A stretch of DNA of 63,644 bases, the filler included. It is 6 parts of 6 records of this genome, joined end to end, with 100 filler letters (N's around TTAATTAATTAA, not from the genome) between each part and the next. Parts side by side here need not be neighbours in the genome. Positions count along the whole stretch, not along the records: positions 1 to 13,867 come from SRR20825019_1252; positions 13,968 to 25,642 come from SRR20825019_1253; 4 more parts are not named here. The stretch is one strand, 5' to 3'. Below the pieces are notes generated by a model. That model worked only from the letters and a program-made list of their open reading frames with translations. It was not told the origin of the DNA and did not search any database. A program made the translations under genes and the position numbers. Below are positions 8,165 to 18,972 of this stretch, in pieces; the first letter of the stretch is position 1, and the number at the start of each line of letters is the position of its first letter.

Positions 8165-8259
8165 GTATTGTTGCTAATTTGCGTAAATTTCGTCCAACTT
8201 ATCCGTGCCCATGAGCACTTTGCCAAAGATAATGAAACCCGACAAAGCATATATTTTTT

Positions 8260-9093
8260 ATGACCATAAACTGCAAAGGTGAGCTTGTAGACTTAAAAAC
8301 GCCCAGAGTGATGGGCATCCTCAACCTAACGCCCGATTCCTTTTTTGATGGCGGCAAATACAAGGACGAAGCATCCATACTTGACCAAGTTGAGTATATG
8401 CTCAACCATGGCGCAACCTTTATTGATATGGGTGCCTATAGCTCCCGACCCGGTGCCGAGCATGTTCCGGAAGATGAGGAATTGAAACGGATGATTCCCG
8501 TTGTTGACCTTATCCTGAAGAAATTTCCTGATACTTTGATTTCGGTGGATACCTTTCGGAGCAAGGTGGCAACTGAAAGCATTGAACACGGTGCGGCCAT
8601 GATCAACGATATATCAGCTGGAAATCTGGATGAAGCAATGTTCGATACAGTCGCCAATCATCAAGTTCCGTACATTATGATGCACATGAAGGGCACTCCG
8701 AAATCCATGCAAAAGCAAGCGACCTACGACAACTTCATCAACGATCTCAGGTATTATTTTTCAGAGAAAATCAAAGAGACCACATCAAAAAAAATCAACG
8801 ATGTGATAATAGACCCAGGGTTTGGATTTGCCAAAACAACTGGGCAAAATTATACATTGCTCAACCACTTGGATATGTTTCAAACCTTTGGTTTACCCAT
8901 TTTGATAGGCCTGAGCAGAAAATCCATGATTTACAAAGTGCTGGAATCATCACCTCAAGAAGCTTTGAACGGAACCACCGCGCTGCATACCGCGGCACTT
9001 TTAAAAGGAGCCAATATTATTCGGGCCCACGATGTAAAAGAAGCCATGGAATGTGTTAAACTTGTAACGGCCTTAAAAGAGAATGCCCTCTAA
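8260..9093 (+). CDS. folP: Dihydropteroate synthase
   Basis: MGILNLTPDSFFDGG, DPGFGFAK, GLSRKS, RAHDV. Confidence 0.97.
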   Translation: MTINCKGELVDLKTPRVMGILNLTPDSFFDGGKYKDEASILDQVEYMLNHGATFIDMGAYSSRPGAEHVPEDEELKRMIPVVDLILKKFPDTLISVDTFRSKVATESIEHGAAMINDISAGNLDEAMFDTVANHQVPYIMMHMKGTPKSMQKQATYDNFINDLRYYFSEKIKETTSKKINDVIIDPGFGFAKTTGQNYTLLNHLDMFQTFGLPILIGLSRKSMIYKVLESSPQEALNGTTALHTAALLKGANIIRAHDVKEAMECVKLVTALKENAL

Positions 9094-9137
9094 TTTGAGG
9101 TTCTCCTATTTTTGCTAATTTTACAAAAACGCTGCGG

Positions 9138-9926
9138 TTGGATTTTTTAAATTTTATCGAATTCAAGATTACGGATGTCATCGACATAGTCCTAGTGGCC
9201 GCACTCCTCTATTACATTTACAAACTGGTAAAGGGAACGGTAGCCATCAATATTTTTATAGGTATCGTGATTGTTTGGGCATTATGGAAACTTACCGAAT
9301 TGCTTCAAATGAAAATGATCAGCAGTATGGTGGGTGGCTTTATGAACATAGGTCTTATCGCCCTGATCATTGTATTCCAACAAGAGATTCGAAAGTTTCT
9401 GTTAATGGTCGGCTCCACTAATTTTGCCTCCAAAAGAAATTTTTTAAGACGCTTTAAGTTTTTAAAACAAGAAGCTGTCTCCACCACCACGGATGTTGAT
9501 GCCATCATAAATGCCTGCGAACGCATGGCCTCATCCAAAACTGGTGCACTCATCGTTATAGAAAGGAACAACTCCTTGGATTTTGTAAAATCTACCGGAG
9601 ATACGATGGATATAAAAATAACACAGCCTATTTTAGAAAGTATCTTTTTCAAAAATAGTCCGCTGCACGATGGTGCCATTGTAATCCAAGAAAACTTCAT
9701 TACCGCTACCAGAGTGATTTTGCCCGTTTCCAACGACCGCAATATCCCCCTTCGTTTTGGCCTACGCCACAGAGCCGCTGTTGGCATTACCGAAAAAACA
9801 GATGCACTCTGTCTTGTGGTCAGTGAAGAAACAGGTTCCATATCCTACATAAAAAATGGCGATTTTATTCCTTTTAAAAACAAGGAGGAATTGGCAAAAC
9901 GCATTAAAAAGGACTTGGAGCAATGA
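9138..9926 (+). CDS. cdaA: Membrane-bound diadenylate cyclase (CdaA/DacA, DisA_N)
   Basis: Three TM helices, FQQEIR, PLHDGA and GLRHRAA motifs. Confidence 0.92.
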   Translation: MDFLNFIEFKITDVIDIVLVAALLYYIYKLVKGTVAINIFIGIVIVWALWKLTELLQMKMISSMVGGFMNIGLIALIIVFQQEIRKFLLMVGSTNFASKRNFLRRFKFLKQEAVSTTTDVDAIINACERMASSKTGALIVIERNNSLDFVKSTGDTMDIKITQPILESIFFKNSPLHDGAIVIQENFITATRVILPVSNDRNIPLRFGLRHRAAVGITEKTDALCLVVSEETGSISYIKNGDFIPFKNKEELAKRIKKDLEQ

Positions 9927-10705
9927 CGTGCAAAAATTGCGGTGACACCTTAAGAACGGACTTTCTTTATTGTCCCAACTGCGGAGGAAAAGTTATACGT
10001 AACAGAATTACAATTAAAAATCTCTGGACCGATATACTTGAACGGTATTTTAACCTCGACAATACATTCGTGAACACCTTTGTGCATCTGTTCACCAAAC
10101 CTGAGGTAGTTATAGAAGGGTACATACAGGGGCTTCGTAGGAAATACTTGAACCCCATAAGTTATTTAGGGATAGCCTTAACGCTTTCAGGAGTTCAAAT
10201 TTTCCTTATGTCGAAATCCATCGATTTGCTTGATTTCGATTTCTATGACACAGAAGAACAAATAAAATTTCAACAAAAATTGATGGGTTTCATAATGGAC
10301 TATCAATCTTTGGTATTTATTCTTTTCATTCCATTGATGGCCATTTCTGGGTGGCTGTGTTTTGATGAAAAGAAATATAATTTTGCAGAGCGCACCATCA
10401 TTTTCATGTACACGTTATCACATTATAGCGTCGTAATCTTTATCCCATCAGTTTTGATTCTCTTATTTGCTCCAGAAAACTTTATGATATTTTCATTAAT
10501 TGGCTCATTGATGATGCTTTTATATGCCTGCTTCGTAGTTATTCGCGTATCAAGTTCAAAAGGGTTGGCACTGGTTGGAAGGTTAATATTTTTCAATATG
10601 GGTTTTGTAATTCTTTATATGATGATTGCCACATTGATACCGCTTATCATGTTGTTAACCGGTATGTTAAACATTGATGATTTTGTGCCTCCACCTCAAA
10701 ATTAG
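9923..10705 (+). CDS. DUF3667-like membrane protein with N-terminal zinc ribbon
   Basis: CKNC...CPNCG, YIQGLRRKYLNP, several TM helices. Confidence 0.8.
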   Translation: MTCKNCGDTLRTDFLYCPNCGGKVIRNRITIKNLWTDILERYFNLDNTFVNTFVHLFTKPEVVIEGYIQGLRRKYLNPISYLGIALTLSGVQIFLMSKSIDLLDFDFYDTEEQIKFQQKLMGFIMDYQSLVFILFIPLMAISGWLCFDEKKYNFAERTIIFMYTLSHYSVVIFIPSVLILLFAPENFMIFSLIGSLMMLLYACFVVIRVSSSKGLALVGRLIFFNMGFVILYMMIATLIPLIMLLTGMLNIDDFVPPPQN

Positions 10706-10707
10706 AG

Positions 10708-12480
10708 TTAAGCCACTTCCTCTGCCAAAAACTGCGCCTGGTAAAGATCGTTGTAGTAGCCACCTTTTTCCAACAGTTCCTTGTGGGTTCCGACCTCAAT
10801 GATTTTACCGGCATCCATTACAATAATTTTATCCGCTTTTTTAATGGTCGCCAAACGGTGCGCTATAATAATGGAAGTCCTGCCTTCGGTAATCTTGTCG
10901 GTAGCTTCTTGTATCAGTATTTCGGAATAGGTATCCACGGATGATGTAGCTTCATCCAAAATAAGAATACTCGGGTTGCTCACATAGGCTCTTAAAAAGG
11001 CAATCAATTGACGCTGACCGCTGGAGAGCATCGTTCCACGCTCTTTTACGTTGTATTGGTACCCACCTGGAAGGCTCGAAATAAATTCGTGCACTCCAAT
11101 TTGCTTGGCGGCCGCCTCAATCTGTTCCGTGGTGATATCATTATCACGAAGTGAAATGTTATTCGCAATGGTATCTGCAAATAAGAATACATCTTGCAGT
11201 ACAATAGCGATATGTGAACGGAGCGACTTTAATGTATAGTCGTCCAAACACACATTGTCCACCAAAATTTTACCGGAGTTGATCTCGTAGAATCGGTTGA
11301 GCAGATTAATGATAGTCGATTTTCCTGCACCTGTGGCACCGACAATGGCTACGGTTTCACCTGCCTTTACATCAAACGAAATTCCATGGAGTACTTCTTC
11401 ATCGGGCACATAGCCAAAATGTACATCCTTGAATTCAATATCTCCTTTCACATCTTTTTTCTCCACGGTACCGTTATCGTCGATATGGCTATCGGTATCC
11501 AAAATCTTGAATACACGGTTGGCAGCTACCATTCCCATTTGCAGGGTATTGAACTTATCGGCGATTTGACGTAGGGGCCTAAACAGCAGATCCATCAAGA
11601 AAAAGAAAGCCAAAATGGCCCCCTTGTTGTCCATCCCCACATTTTCTATATTCTGAATCACACCAAAATACACCACCAACCCAATACCAATGGAGTTGGA
11701 TATTTCAGCGATAGGGAAGAATATGGAGTTGTACCAGACCGTTTTCAACCAAGCATTCTGATGCTTTTCGTTGATAACACGGAACTTCTCCTTTTCAATC
11801 TCCTCACGGTTGAAGAGTTGAACGATTTTCATTCCAGCTATTCGCTCCTGTACAAATGAATTAAGATTGGATACCTGTGCCCTAACTTCCACAAATGCCA
11901 CCTTCATGGCTTGTTGAAATAGCCGTGTAGCAATTAGGATAATTGGCATAATGGCAAATACGATTAAGGCCAACTTCCAGTTAATGACCACCATAATAAT
12001 GGCTGCGGATAGCATTTTAAGAGCATCGGCAACTATCATAAAAAACCCTTGGCTAAATATTTCGCCAATGCGCTGCATATCCGCTACGGCCCTGGTCACC
12101 AAAACTCCAATGGAAGAATTGTCGAAGTAGGTCATTTTAAAACCTGTCATCTTTTCAAAAAGATTGATACGAATATCCCTGATGACCGACTCGCCCAATA
12201 GGTTCGCATAATAATTGAACAATAATTGCGTAATTACCTGGCCGAGCAAAAAAGCAAGCATGAGCATAACATTGTTGAGCAATTGCTCAGAATCCTTACT
12301 TTCCAGAGACTTGTTGATGATTTCCTTGACCAACAAGGGAATTCCGATAGCAAATGCCGCCGATAAAATGGCCACTATGGCCACCAGCCAAAAAATGCCT
12401 CGATAGGGCCTGGTCCGTGAAAAAACACGCTTGAACAATCGAAAATCAAACGCTTTTCCTACATCATCCTTTTTGCTCAT
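10708..12480 (-). CDS. ABC exporter, fused TMD-NBD (MdlB-like)
   Basis: GATGAGKS, LSSGQRQ, ILILDEATSSVD. Confidence 0.93.
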   Translation of the reverse strand: MSKKDDVGKAFDFRLFKRVFSRTRPYRGIFWLVAIVAILSAAFAIGIPLLVKEIINKSLESKDSEQLLNNVMLMLAFLLGQVITQLLFNYYANLLGESVIRDIRINLFEKMTGFKMTYFDNSSIGVLVTRAVADMQRIGEIFSQGFFMIVADALKMLSAAIIMVVINWKLALIVFAIMPIILIATRLFQQAMKVAFVEVRAQVSNLNSFVQERIAGMKIVQLFNREEIEKEKFRVINEKHQNAWLKTVWYNSIFFPIAEISNSIGIGLVVYFGVIQNIENVGMDNKGAILAFFFLMDLLFRPLRQIADKFNTLQMGMVAANRVFKILDTDSHIDDNGTVEKKDVKGDIEFKDVHFGYVPDEEVLHGISFDVKAGETVAIVGATGAGKSTIINLLNRFYEINSGKILVDNVCLDDYTLKSLRSHIAIVLQDVFLFADTIANNISLRDNDITTEQIEAAAKQIGVHEFISSLPGGYQYNVKERGTMLSSGQRQLIAFLRAYVSNPSILILDEATSSVDTYSEILIQEATDKITEGRTSIIIAHRLATIKKADKIIVMDAGKIIEVGTHKELLEKGGYYNDLYQAQFLAEEVA

Positions 12481-13219
12481 CAAAAATCTCTTTTGGATAT
12501 GAAACCTTGGTCAAATATAATCCTTTTGCCGGGACGGAGACACCCGCCTCTCCCCTATCTTTACTTGCTATAATCTTATGAATATCCTCAGGGGACATTT
12601 TACCCTGCCCCACATCCAACAACGTTCCTACCACTGCACGGACCATGTTCCGTAAAAAACGGTCGGCCGTAATGGTAAAGACCCATTTTTCCTTATCTAC
12701 TGTCCAAACTGCCTCGCGGACATCACATTTGAATGTTTTTACATCGGTATTGGATTTGGAAAAACATTCAAAATCAGTGTAATTCAACATCAATTGCGCC
12801 GCCCTGTTCATCGATGGCAAGTTCAAAGGGTGCTTTACCAAGTGGGCATAATCAAAAAGAAAGGGGCTCTTTTCCTTGACCAGCCAATATTCGTAAGTGC
12901 GTTCCACAGCATCAAAACGGGCATGGGCTGTATCGATAACAGGAAATATGGCCTGTACGGCAATATCATCCGGTAAAAAGGCATTCAATCGGTACACCAA
13001 TTCATCAATATCCGATATTGAATCAACATCCATATGGCAGAACATCTGCTTGGCATGCACTCCTGCATCGGTTCTCCCGGCACCTATCACCTCAACCTTT
13101 TCACGTAACAATGTGGACAGTGCTTTTTCCAAAACCTCTTGCACGGTGATGGCATTGGGCTGGTTCTGCCAACCATGATATGCCTTGCCGAAATAAGAAA
13201 ATTGGACGAAATATCTCAA
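12464..13219 (-). CDS. truA: tRNA pseudouridine(38-40) synthase
   Basis: HGWQ.Q, GAGRTDAGVHA, FLRNMVR. Confidence 0.97.
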   Translation of the reverse strand: MRYFVQFSYFGKAYHGWQNQPNAITVQEVLEKALSTLLREKVEVIGAGRTDAGVHAKQMFCHMDVDSISDIDELVYRLNAFLPDDIAVQAIFPVIDTAHARFDAVERTYEYWLVKEKSPFLFDYAHLVKHPLNLPSMNRAAQLMLNYTDFECFSKSNTDVKTFKCDVREAVWTVDKEKWVFTITADRFLRNMVRAVVGTLLDVGQGKMSPEDIHKIIASKDRGEAGVSVPAKGLYLTKVSYPKEIFDEQKG

Positions 13220-13307
13220 TGGAATGGATTACTTTTAAGCCTGTAAAGATAATTGAATCCTTTCCAACATAAATCCGACCGTTGGTTTTTAGCATATTTT
13301 TAGCGAA

Positions 13308-13802
13308 ATGAAGAAAATCCTGTTGCTTTCCGACACGCATGGCCATATGGACCCAACCATTTTAAAATATGCAGCGCAAGCTGATGAAGTTTGGCATGCA
13401 GGCGACATTGGAAGCCTATCTGTTACCGATGAGCTGGAAGCCCTAAAACCGGTTAGAGGCGTGCACGGAAATATTGATGACCATGTGATCCAAAAAGAAT
13501 TTCCAGAAAATAACCGATTTATGTGCGAAGGGGTCGATGTTTGGATTACGCACATTGGCGGTTATCCGAACCGCTATAATATTCGGGTACGGGATGAAAT
13601 CAGAAACAATCCGCCCAAACTATTTATTTGTGGACATTCCCATATATTAAAGGTAATGCACGACAAAAAATTGGGGCTGTTGCACATGAATCCAGGGGCA
13701 TGTGGAAAACATGGTTTTCATCAGGTACGCACTATGTTGCGTTTTGTTATCGATGGGGAAAAAATATCGGATTTAGAAGTTGTGGAATTGGGCAAGCGAT
13801 AG
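13308..13802 (+). CDS. YfcE-family metallophosphoesterase
   Basis: LSDTHG, HAGDIG, GNID, GHSH, NPGA. Confidence 0.9.
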   Translation: MKKILLLSDTHGHMDPTILKYAAQADEVWHAGDIGSLSVTDELEALKPVRGVHGNIDDHVIQKEFPENNRFMCEGVDVWITHIGGYPNRYNIRVRDEIRNNPPKLFICGHSHILKVMHDKKLGLLHMNPGACGKHGFHQVRTMLRFVIDGEKISDLEVVELGKR

Positions 13803-13812
13803 CCAAATACAT

Positions 13813-13841
13813 AAAAACCCCGGCCAAAGCCAGGGTTTTTT
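13813..13841 (+). terminator. Intrinsic terminator
   Basis: AAAAACCCCGGC-CAAA-GCCAGGGTTTTTT. Confidence 0.7.
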
Positions 13842-13867
13842 CGCACTAATACTACTAAGAGGTTAGG

Positions 13868-13967
13868 NNNNNNNNNNNNNNNNNNNNNNNNNNNNNNNNN
13901 NNNNNNNNNNNTTAATTAATTAANNNNNNNNNNNNNNNNNNNNNNNNNNNNNNNNNNNNNNNNNNNN
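13868..13967. other. Artificial contig linker
   Basis: N-run, TTAATTAATTAA (stops in all six frames), N-run; GC content jumps across it. Confidence 0.98.
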
Positions 13968-15051
13968 CGGCGCCGCCGAAAACAGCGAACCAGAAGATGG
14001 AAAAGGCGGTCGGGATCAGGATGACGCCCATGCAGAATTCGCGGATCGTTCGCCCGCGCGAGATGCGCGCGATGAACACGCCGACAAATGGCCCCCAGGC
14101 CAGCCACCAGATCAGATAGGTCAGCGTCCAGTTTGCCGACCACTCCGTCAGGCCCTCGAACGGGAAAAGGCGGAACGACATGCTGACGAACTGCGACACA
14201 TAGGCGCCGATGGTCGTCACGAATGTTTCCATGATGAAGGCGGTCGGCCCGAAAATCAGGATGAAGGCCATCAGTGCAAGGCCGAGCACCATGTTGATGT
14301 CGGAGAGCAGTTTCATGCCTTTCTCGACGCCTGTGAGCGTCGAAATCATGTACATGGCAAACAGGACGGCCAGGACCGCCAGCGAAACGGCATTGATGGC
14401 GGGAAAATCAAAAAGCGCCGTCAGGCCCGAGCGCACCTGAAGTGCGCCCATCGCCAGAGAGCCTGCAAGGCCGAAGACCACGGCAACAACGCCAAGAACA
14501 TCGGCGGTGGTCGCCGCGACATCGGATGAGCGGCCGGAAAAAAGACTGCGCAGCGGTGTCGAGATCAGCGGTGGCTTGTCCAGCCGGAAGGTGAAATAGG
14601 CAATGACGAGGGCGCAGACGCCGTAGATCGACCAGGCGTGCAAACCCCAGTGCAGGTTGGTGATCACCATGGCCTGCCGCGCGGCTTCCGCCGATGCGGG
14701 CGTGCCGACGGGCGGATTTTCAAAATGCGTCACCGGTTCGGCAACGCCCCAGAACAACAGGCCGGCGCCCATGCCGCCGGCAAACAACATGGCGATCCAC
14801 GAGGAATAGGAAAATTCCGGCTTTTCATCATCCTTGCCCAGACGAATGGAGCCGTAAGGGCCAAATGCCAGAAACGCGGCCAGAAGCACAAAGCTCGAGC
14901 ACAGCCCCAGCCACCACCAGCTCGCCCCGACCATGAAATAGCTGGTGAAGCCCAGAACGCTTGCAGCCATCTGATCGGGGGCAATCACGCCCCATGCGCC
15001 AATCGGCAGGCAAAGGAGGAGCGAAATGACGACGACTCTGTTGATCTGCAC
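13968..15051 (-). CDS. BCCT (betaine/carnitine/choline) transporter, 3'-truncated by contig end
   Basis: SWIAMLFAGGMGAGLLFWGVAEP, HWGLHAW, WWLAWGPFVGVFIARISRGRTIREF; GTG start at 15051 inferred. Confidence 0.92.
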
Positions 15052-15167
15052 GATTGAACTGACCCCGTTTTTATACTGCTTTCGAGCCCGGAGGCTCCGC
15101 ACAACCATCCCAGGGTTGCCCAACATGTTTGTCGGTCGATGTCAACGAATGCGCGCGAAAAGTGACG

Positions 15168-15778
15168 TCAGAGGCATTGCGCGTTAAGGTGGAGCGCGTC
15201 CTCCAGGAACGGGTCGCGCGCCGTGCTGCGCATGTCCAGTTCCCGATGTTCGGGGAGGTTGTCCGGATCGAGGCCGGCGGCGGCGAGGGACGGCCGCAGG
15301 AAATTCGCGTGAACCCCGGAAATGTTCTTCGTATACAGCACGTCGGCGGCGCTTGAAGCCACCATCCTCTGCTTTTGCGCATCGCTCGCCATGGCTTCGT
15401 CCGTGGCCATGAACCGCGTGCCCATATAGGCGAAAACCGCTCCCATCATCCGTGCCGTAGCGACGTCGCGGCCGTGGCTGATCGCGCCTGCGAGCGCGAC
15501 GATGCCGTCGAAGAATGACCGGATCTCATTGACCAGCGCGAACGGGCTCATCAGTCCGCCATGCCCTCCGGCCCCGGCCGCAACCGCCACGATCCCGTCC
15601 ACCCCGGCCTCCGCCGCCTTTTCGGCGTGGCGGGTCCGGATCACGTCATGCAGTATGATCCCGCCATAGGTCGCCGCATGCCCGGCGACGGCCCGGCGCT
15701 CCTCGATCACGTTGAGCCAGTCGGAAAACCCTTCGGTGGTCCTCTGGTTCAGCGCCGGAAACGTGCCGATGAGCGCTC
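15168..15778 (-). pseudogene. Nitronate monooxygenase (2-nitropropane dioxygenase) family remnant
   Basis: IGTFPALNQR joined almost directly to YGGIILHDV...AGAGGHGG...YMGTRF; N-terminus, an internal segment and the C-terminus appear missing. Confidence 0.7.
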
Positions 15779-15909
15779 ACTGTGTTCGCTCTTGGCGTAT
15801 GCCTGGAACCAATTTCTGTTCCGCCCCTGTTATACCAAGGCGCGAAGATGCTGACGTATCCCTGCCTTGAAGGAATTGCGAGTTTACCAATTGTCCTGGT
15901 GACTTGGTA

Positions 15910-17421
15910 TTACTCCCTCGCCATCCCCCTGATTTTCCGCAGCGCCTGCCACACCACAAGCGCGGCGATGGCGGCCAGCAGCGCGCCGCTGATCGGGCGG
16001 GTGACAAAGGCCGTGATGTCGCCGTGATTGGCGAGAAGTCCGTTACGGAAGTTGACCTCGATGATCGGCCCGAGCACCAGGCCGATAACGATCGGCGGCA
16101 TCGGGAAGCGGAAGCATGCAAGCACGAAGCCGATTACGCCGAGGATGACCGCCAGAACGATTTCGAACGGACTGTTGTTGACGGCATAGACCCCGGTGAC
16201 GCAGAGGATCGCGACGACAGGGGTCAGCACGGGATAGGGGATCGCAAGAATCTTCGGCAAAAGCCGTCTTGCGCCAAGACCGAGCACGGTGATCAGCGCG
16301 GCCGAAATCAGCAGCACGCCCAGAATGACGAGAAACAGGTCACCGTTCTGGATGATGAAGAACGGTCCGGGATCGATGCCCTGGATCAGAAGCGCGCCGA
16401 CCAGCACCGCCGTCACCGTGTCGCCGGGAATGCCGAGCGTCAGCAGCGGCACCAGCGCGCCCCCGGTGACCGCATTGTTGGAGACTTCGGAGGCCACCAG
16501 CCGTCGCGTATCCTCTTCGGTTTCCCGCGCGGCTTCGTCCAGCCTGTCATCGCCGCGACCGCGCCCGGTCATGCCATAGGCGATCCAGGAGGCGATGGTG
16601 GGGCCGGTACCGGGCAGGATGCCGATGAAGGTGCCGACGGCCGCGCTTTGCAGAACCACCCACCAGTTGCGGATCAACACCGGCACGAGGCCCGAGATGG
16701 GCGTGCTGCGCTGCGCCGGAAGCGCGCCTTCGCTGGCATGGCGGTCGATCTGGGTGAGGATCTCGGCGATCGCGAAGAAGGCGATCAGCGCCGGGATCAG
16801 CGGAATGCCGCCCTGCAGATCGGGCAGGCCGAAGGAAAACCGCGTGACGCCGCCAACCTGATCGATGCCGACCGTGCCGATCAGCATGCCGAACGCGGCC
16901 GCGATGATGCCCTTGATGATCGATCCGCCGGAGACGGCGGCCACGCACATCAGCCCGAACAGGCCGAGAGAGAAGTATTCGACGGAGGTGAATTTCAGCG
17001 CAAAGGTGGAAAGCTTCGGGGCCAGAAACAGCAAAACGATCAGAGACAGCAGGCCTCCGAGCGAGGAACTGACCGTGGAAATGCCGATGGCGTAGTCGGC
17101 AAGCCCGCGCCGGGCCAGCCGGTAGCCGGGAAGGGCCGTGGCGGCATTGCCGGGCGAGCCCGGCGTGTTGATCAGGATTGCCGGGATCGAACCCGCGTAA
17201 TAGCCGGCGGCATAGATACCGAGCAGCAGCGCCATGGCCGCATTGAAATCGAGGCCGAAGGTGAGCGGGGTCGCGATCGCAACGCCGGTCGTGGCCGTCA
17301 ACCCCGGCGAGGCGCCGAAGATGAAGCCGACGATCACCCCGATCAGACACCACAGCAGGACGTCCGGGGCGAACAGCGCCTCGGCGGCGGCAGCGAACAT
17401 CGAGGCCGGAATCATATCCAT
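15910..17421 (-). CDS. tctA: Tripartite tricarboxylate transporter large permease TctA
   Basis: AILINTPG.P, E..NNA..GGALVPLLTLGIPG, GLVLGP.IE.NFR. Confidence 0.92.
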   Translation of the reverse strand: MDMIPASMFAAAAEALFAPDVLLWCLIGVIVGFIFGASPGLTATTGVAIATPLTFGLDFNAAMALLLGIYAAGYYAGSIPAILINTPGSPGNAATALPGYRLARRGLADYAIGISTVSSSLGGLLSLIVLLFLAPKLSTFALKFTSVEYFSLGLFGLMCVAAVSGGSIIKGIIAAAFGMLIGTVGIDQVGGVTRFSFGLPDLQGGIPLIPALIAFFAIAEILTQIDRHASEGALPAQRSTPISGLVPVLIRNWWVVLQSAAVGTFIGILPGTGPTIASWIAYGMTGRGRGDDRLDEAARETEEDTRRLVASEVSNNAVTGGALVPLLTLGIPGDTVTAVLVGALLIQGIDPGPFFIIQNGDLFLVILGVLLISAALITVLGLGARRLLPKILAIPYPVLTPVVAILCVTGVYAVNNSPFEIVLAVILGVIGFVLACFRFPMPPIVIGLVLGPIIEVNFRNGLLANHGDITAFVTRPISGALLAAIAALVVWQALRKIRGMARE

Positions 17422-17846
17422 GTCGGTACCAGAACGGTAAAGCCGTAGCGGAAGATCACAAAGACGGTGAGCGCGACCGCGACGGGCAGGATCGCGAGCA
17501 TGAGCGATCTGCGCTCGCCGAGCAACGCCATGCTGGCCAGCATGAAGGCCCAGGCGCCCAGGCGGAAATCGATATGGCGGAAGCTCAGCGCATAGATCGC
17601 CAGCAGCGCGATGAAGGCCAGTGCATGGCGGTTGAGGATCGGCCCAAGCGCGATCTCAAGCGCGGCCGAAGAGGGGCGAATCATCAACAACGCGCTGCCC
17701 GCGCCGATGATGACGCAGAGCGCCATCGGCAGGGTGCGGGCATTGACCGCGCCGCTTCCTGGCAGCACGTCGATGCCGGTGGCGAAATAGAGCATGACGA
17801 GCGAAAACAGCAATATGGCGCCGCCGATAGCGCGGTCTGCATGCAT
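17412..17846 (-). CDS. tctB: Tripartite tricarboxylate transporter small permease TctB
   Basis: About four TM helices, located between tctC and tctA. Confidence 0.8.
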   Translation of the reverse strand: MHADRAIGGAILLFSLVMLYFATGIDVLPGSGAVNARTLPMALCVIIGAGSALLMIRPSSAALEIALGPILNRHALAFIALLAIYALSFRHIDFRLGAWAFMLASMALLGERRSLMLAILPVAVALTVFVIFRYGFTVLVPTWI

Positions 17847-17906
17847 GAAAGGTCTCCGGATGAAGAGGCAAGCGGGCGCCGTTGCCCGCCGGCGACACGG
17901 CAAATC

Positions 17907-18866
17907 CTACCTGGCAAGGCCAAGTTCGGTGAGAACCTTCCGGTTCTGGGCGCTCGATGCCTCGATCACCGCGGCAAAACCGGCGGAATCCTTGAAGGCA
18001 TCGGTGTAGCTGAACTTGGCGTAGAGTTCGGCAAGCTCGTCGGATGCGGCGATTTCCTTCAGCGCCGCGTCAAGCCTGGCAATCACGTCATCCGGCACGC
18101 CCTTGCGGGTCACGAGGCCGAACCAGACGCTGGAGGTGAAGTCGAAACCCTGTTCCTTGAAGGTCCTGGCGCCCGGCAGGTAGTCGACCTCTTCATCGGC
18201 GGCAAGGCCAATGACCTTGAGCTGGCCAGCCTGCGCCAGCGACTTGTAGACCGGTGCGCCGACGAAGGAGAAGTCGACCTCGCCCGATAGCGCCTTCGTA
18301 ACCGCGCCCTTGCCGCCCTGACCGCTGATATGGGTCAGTGCAATGCCCTGCTGATCGGCAAAATCCGACATGCTGACATGCTGGCTGGAACCGGGGCCGG
18401 GGGTGGAGAAGGTGACGTCTTCGGATTTGGCCTTTTCGACGATATCCGAGATCGAATTGAGCGGGCTGTCGGCCGCCACCGCTACCGCGATCGGGGTTTC
18501 GACCAGTTCTGCGAGCGGAATGAAATCACTGGTTTCGTAACCGGCCTCCGCCATGATCGGGCGGGCGGTCAGGGCGCCGGTCGAGGCGATCAGCAGGGTG
18601 TAGCCGTCGGCCGGCGCCTTGGCGGCTTCCAGCGTGCCGACACTGCCGCCGGCGCCATCGACATTGCGCACGATGAAGGGTTTGCCGAAATAATTCTGAA
18701 GCTGCCTGGCAATGACGCGTGCTGTGCCGTCGATCGCATCACCGGCCCCGAAGGGAACGATGATCTGGACAGGCTTTTCGGGATATTCCGCGCGGGCCGC
18801 CGCCGGGGCCAGCATGAGGGCTGCGAGCGCGCCGAGCGCGAACTGTTTTGTCCTGGAAAAATTCAT
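17907..18866 (-). CDS. tctC: Tripartite tricarboxylate transporter substrate-binding protein (TctC/Bug)
   Basis: Signal peptide, YPEKPV.IIVPFGAG, GAGG..G, APADGYTL. Confidence 0.92.
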   Translation of the reverse strand: MNFSRTKQFALGALAALMLAPAAARAEYPEKPVQIIVPFGAGDAIDGTARVIARQLQNYFGKPFIVRNVDGAGGSVGTLEAAKAPADGYTLLIASTGALTARPIMAEAGYETSDFIPLAELVETPIAVAVAADSPLNSISDIVEKAKSEDVTFSTPGPGSSQHVSMSDFADQQGIALTHISGQGGKGAVTKALSGEVDFSFVGAPVYKSLAQAGQLKVIGLAADEEVDYLPGARTFKEQGFDFTSSVWFGLVTRKGVPDDVIARLDAALKEIAASDELAELYAKFSYTDAFKDSAGFAAVIEASSAQNRKVLTELGLAR

Positions 18867-18933
18867 GTCATGTTCCCTTCTATCTGATTATTGCGGGGCG
18901 TTTGCTTGTTTTTTGAACAGTGCCCCGTATAGT

Positions 18934-18947
18934 GCAGTATATACAAC
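18934..18947. promoter_or_regulatory. Imperfect HutC-type operator between divergent tctC and hutC
   Basis: GCAGTATATACAAC shares the GTATATACAA core with the perfect site at 19808. Confidence 0.65.
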
Positions 18948-18972
18948 ACCAGGATGGGGTCAACGAATTCAC

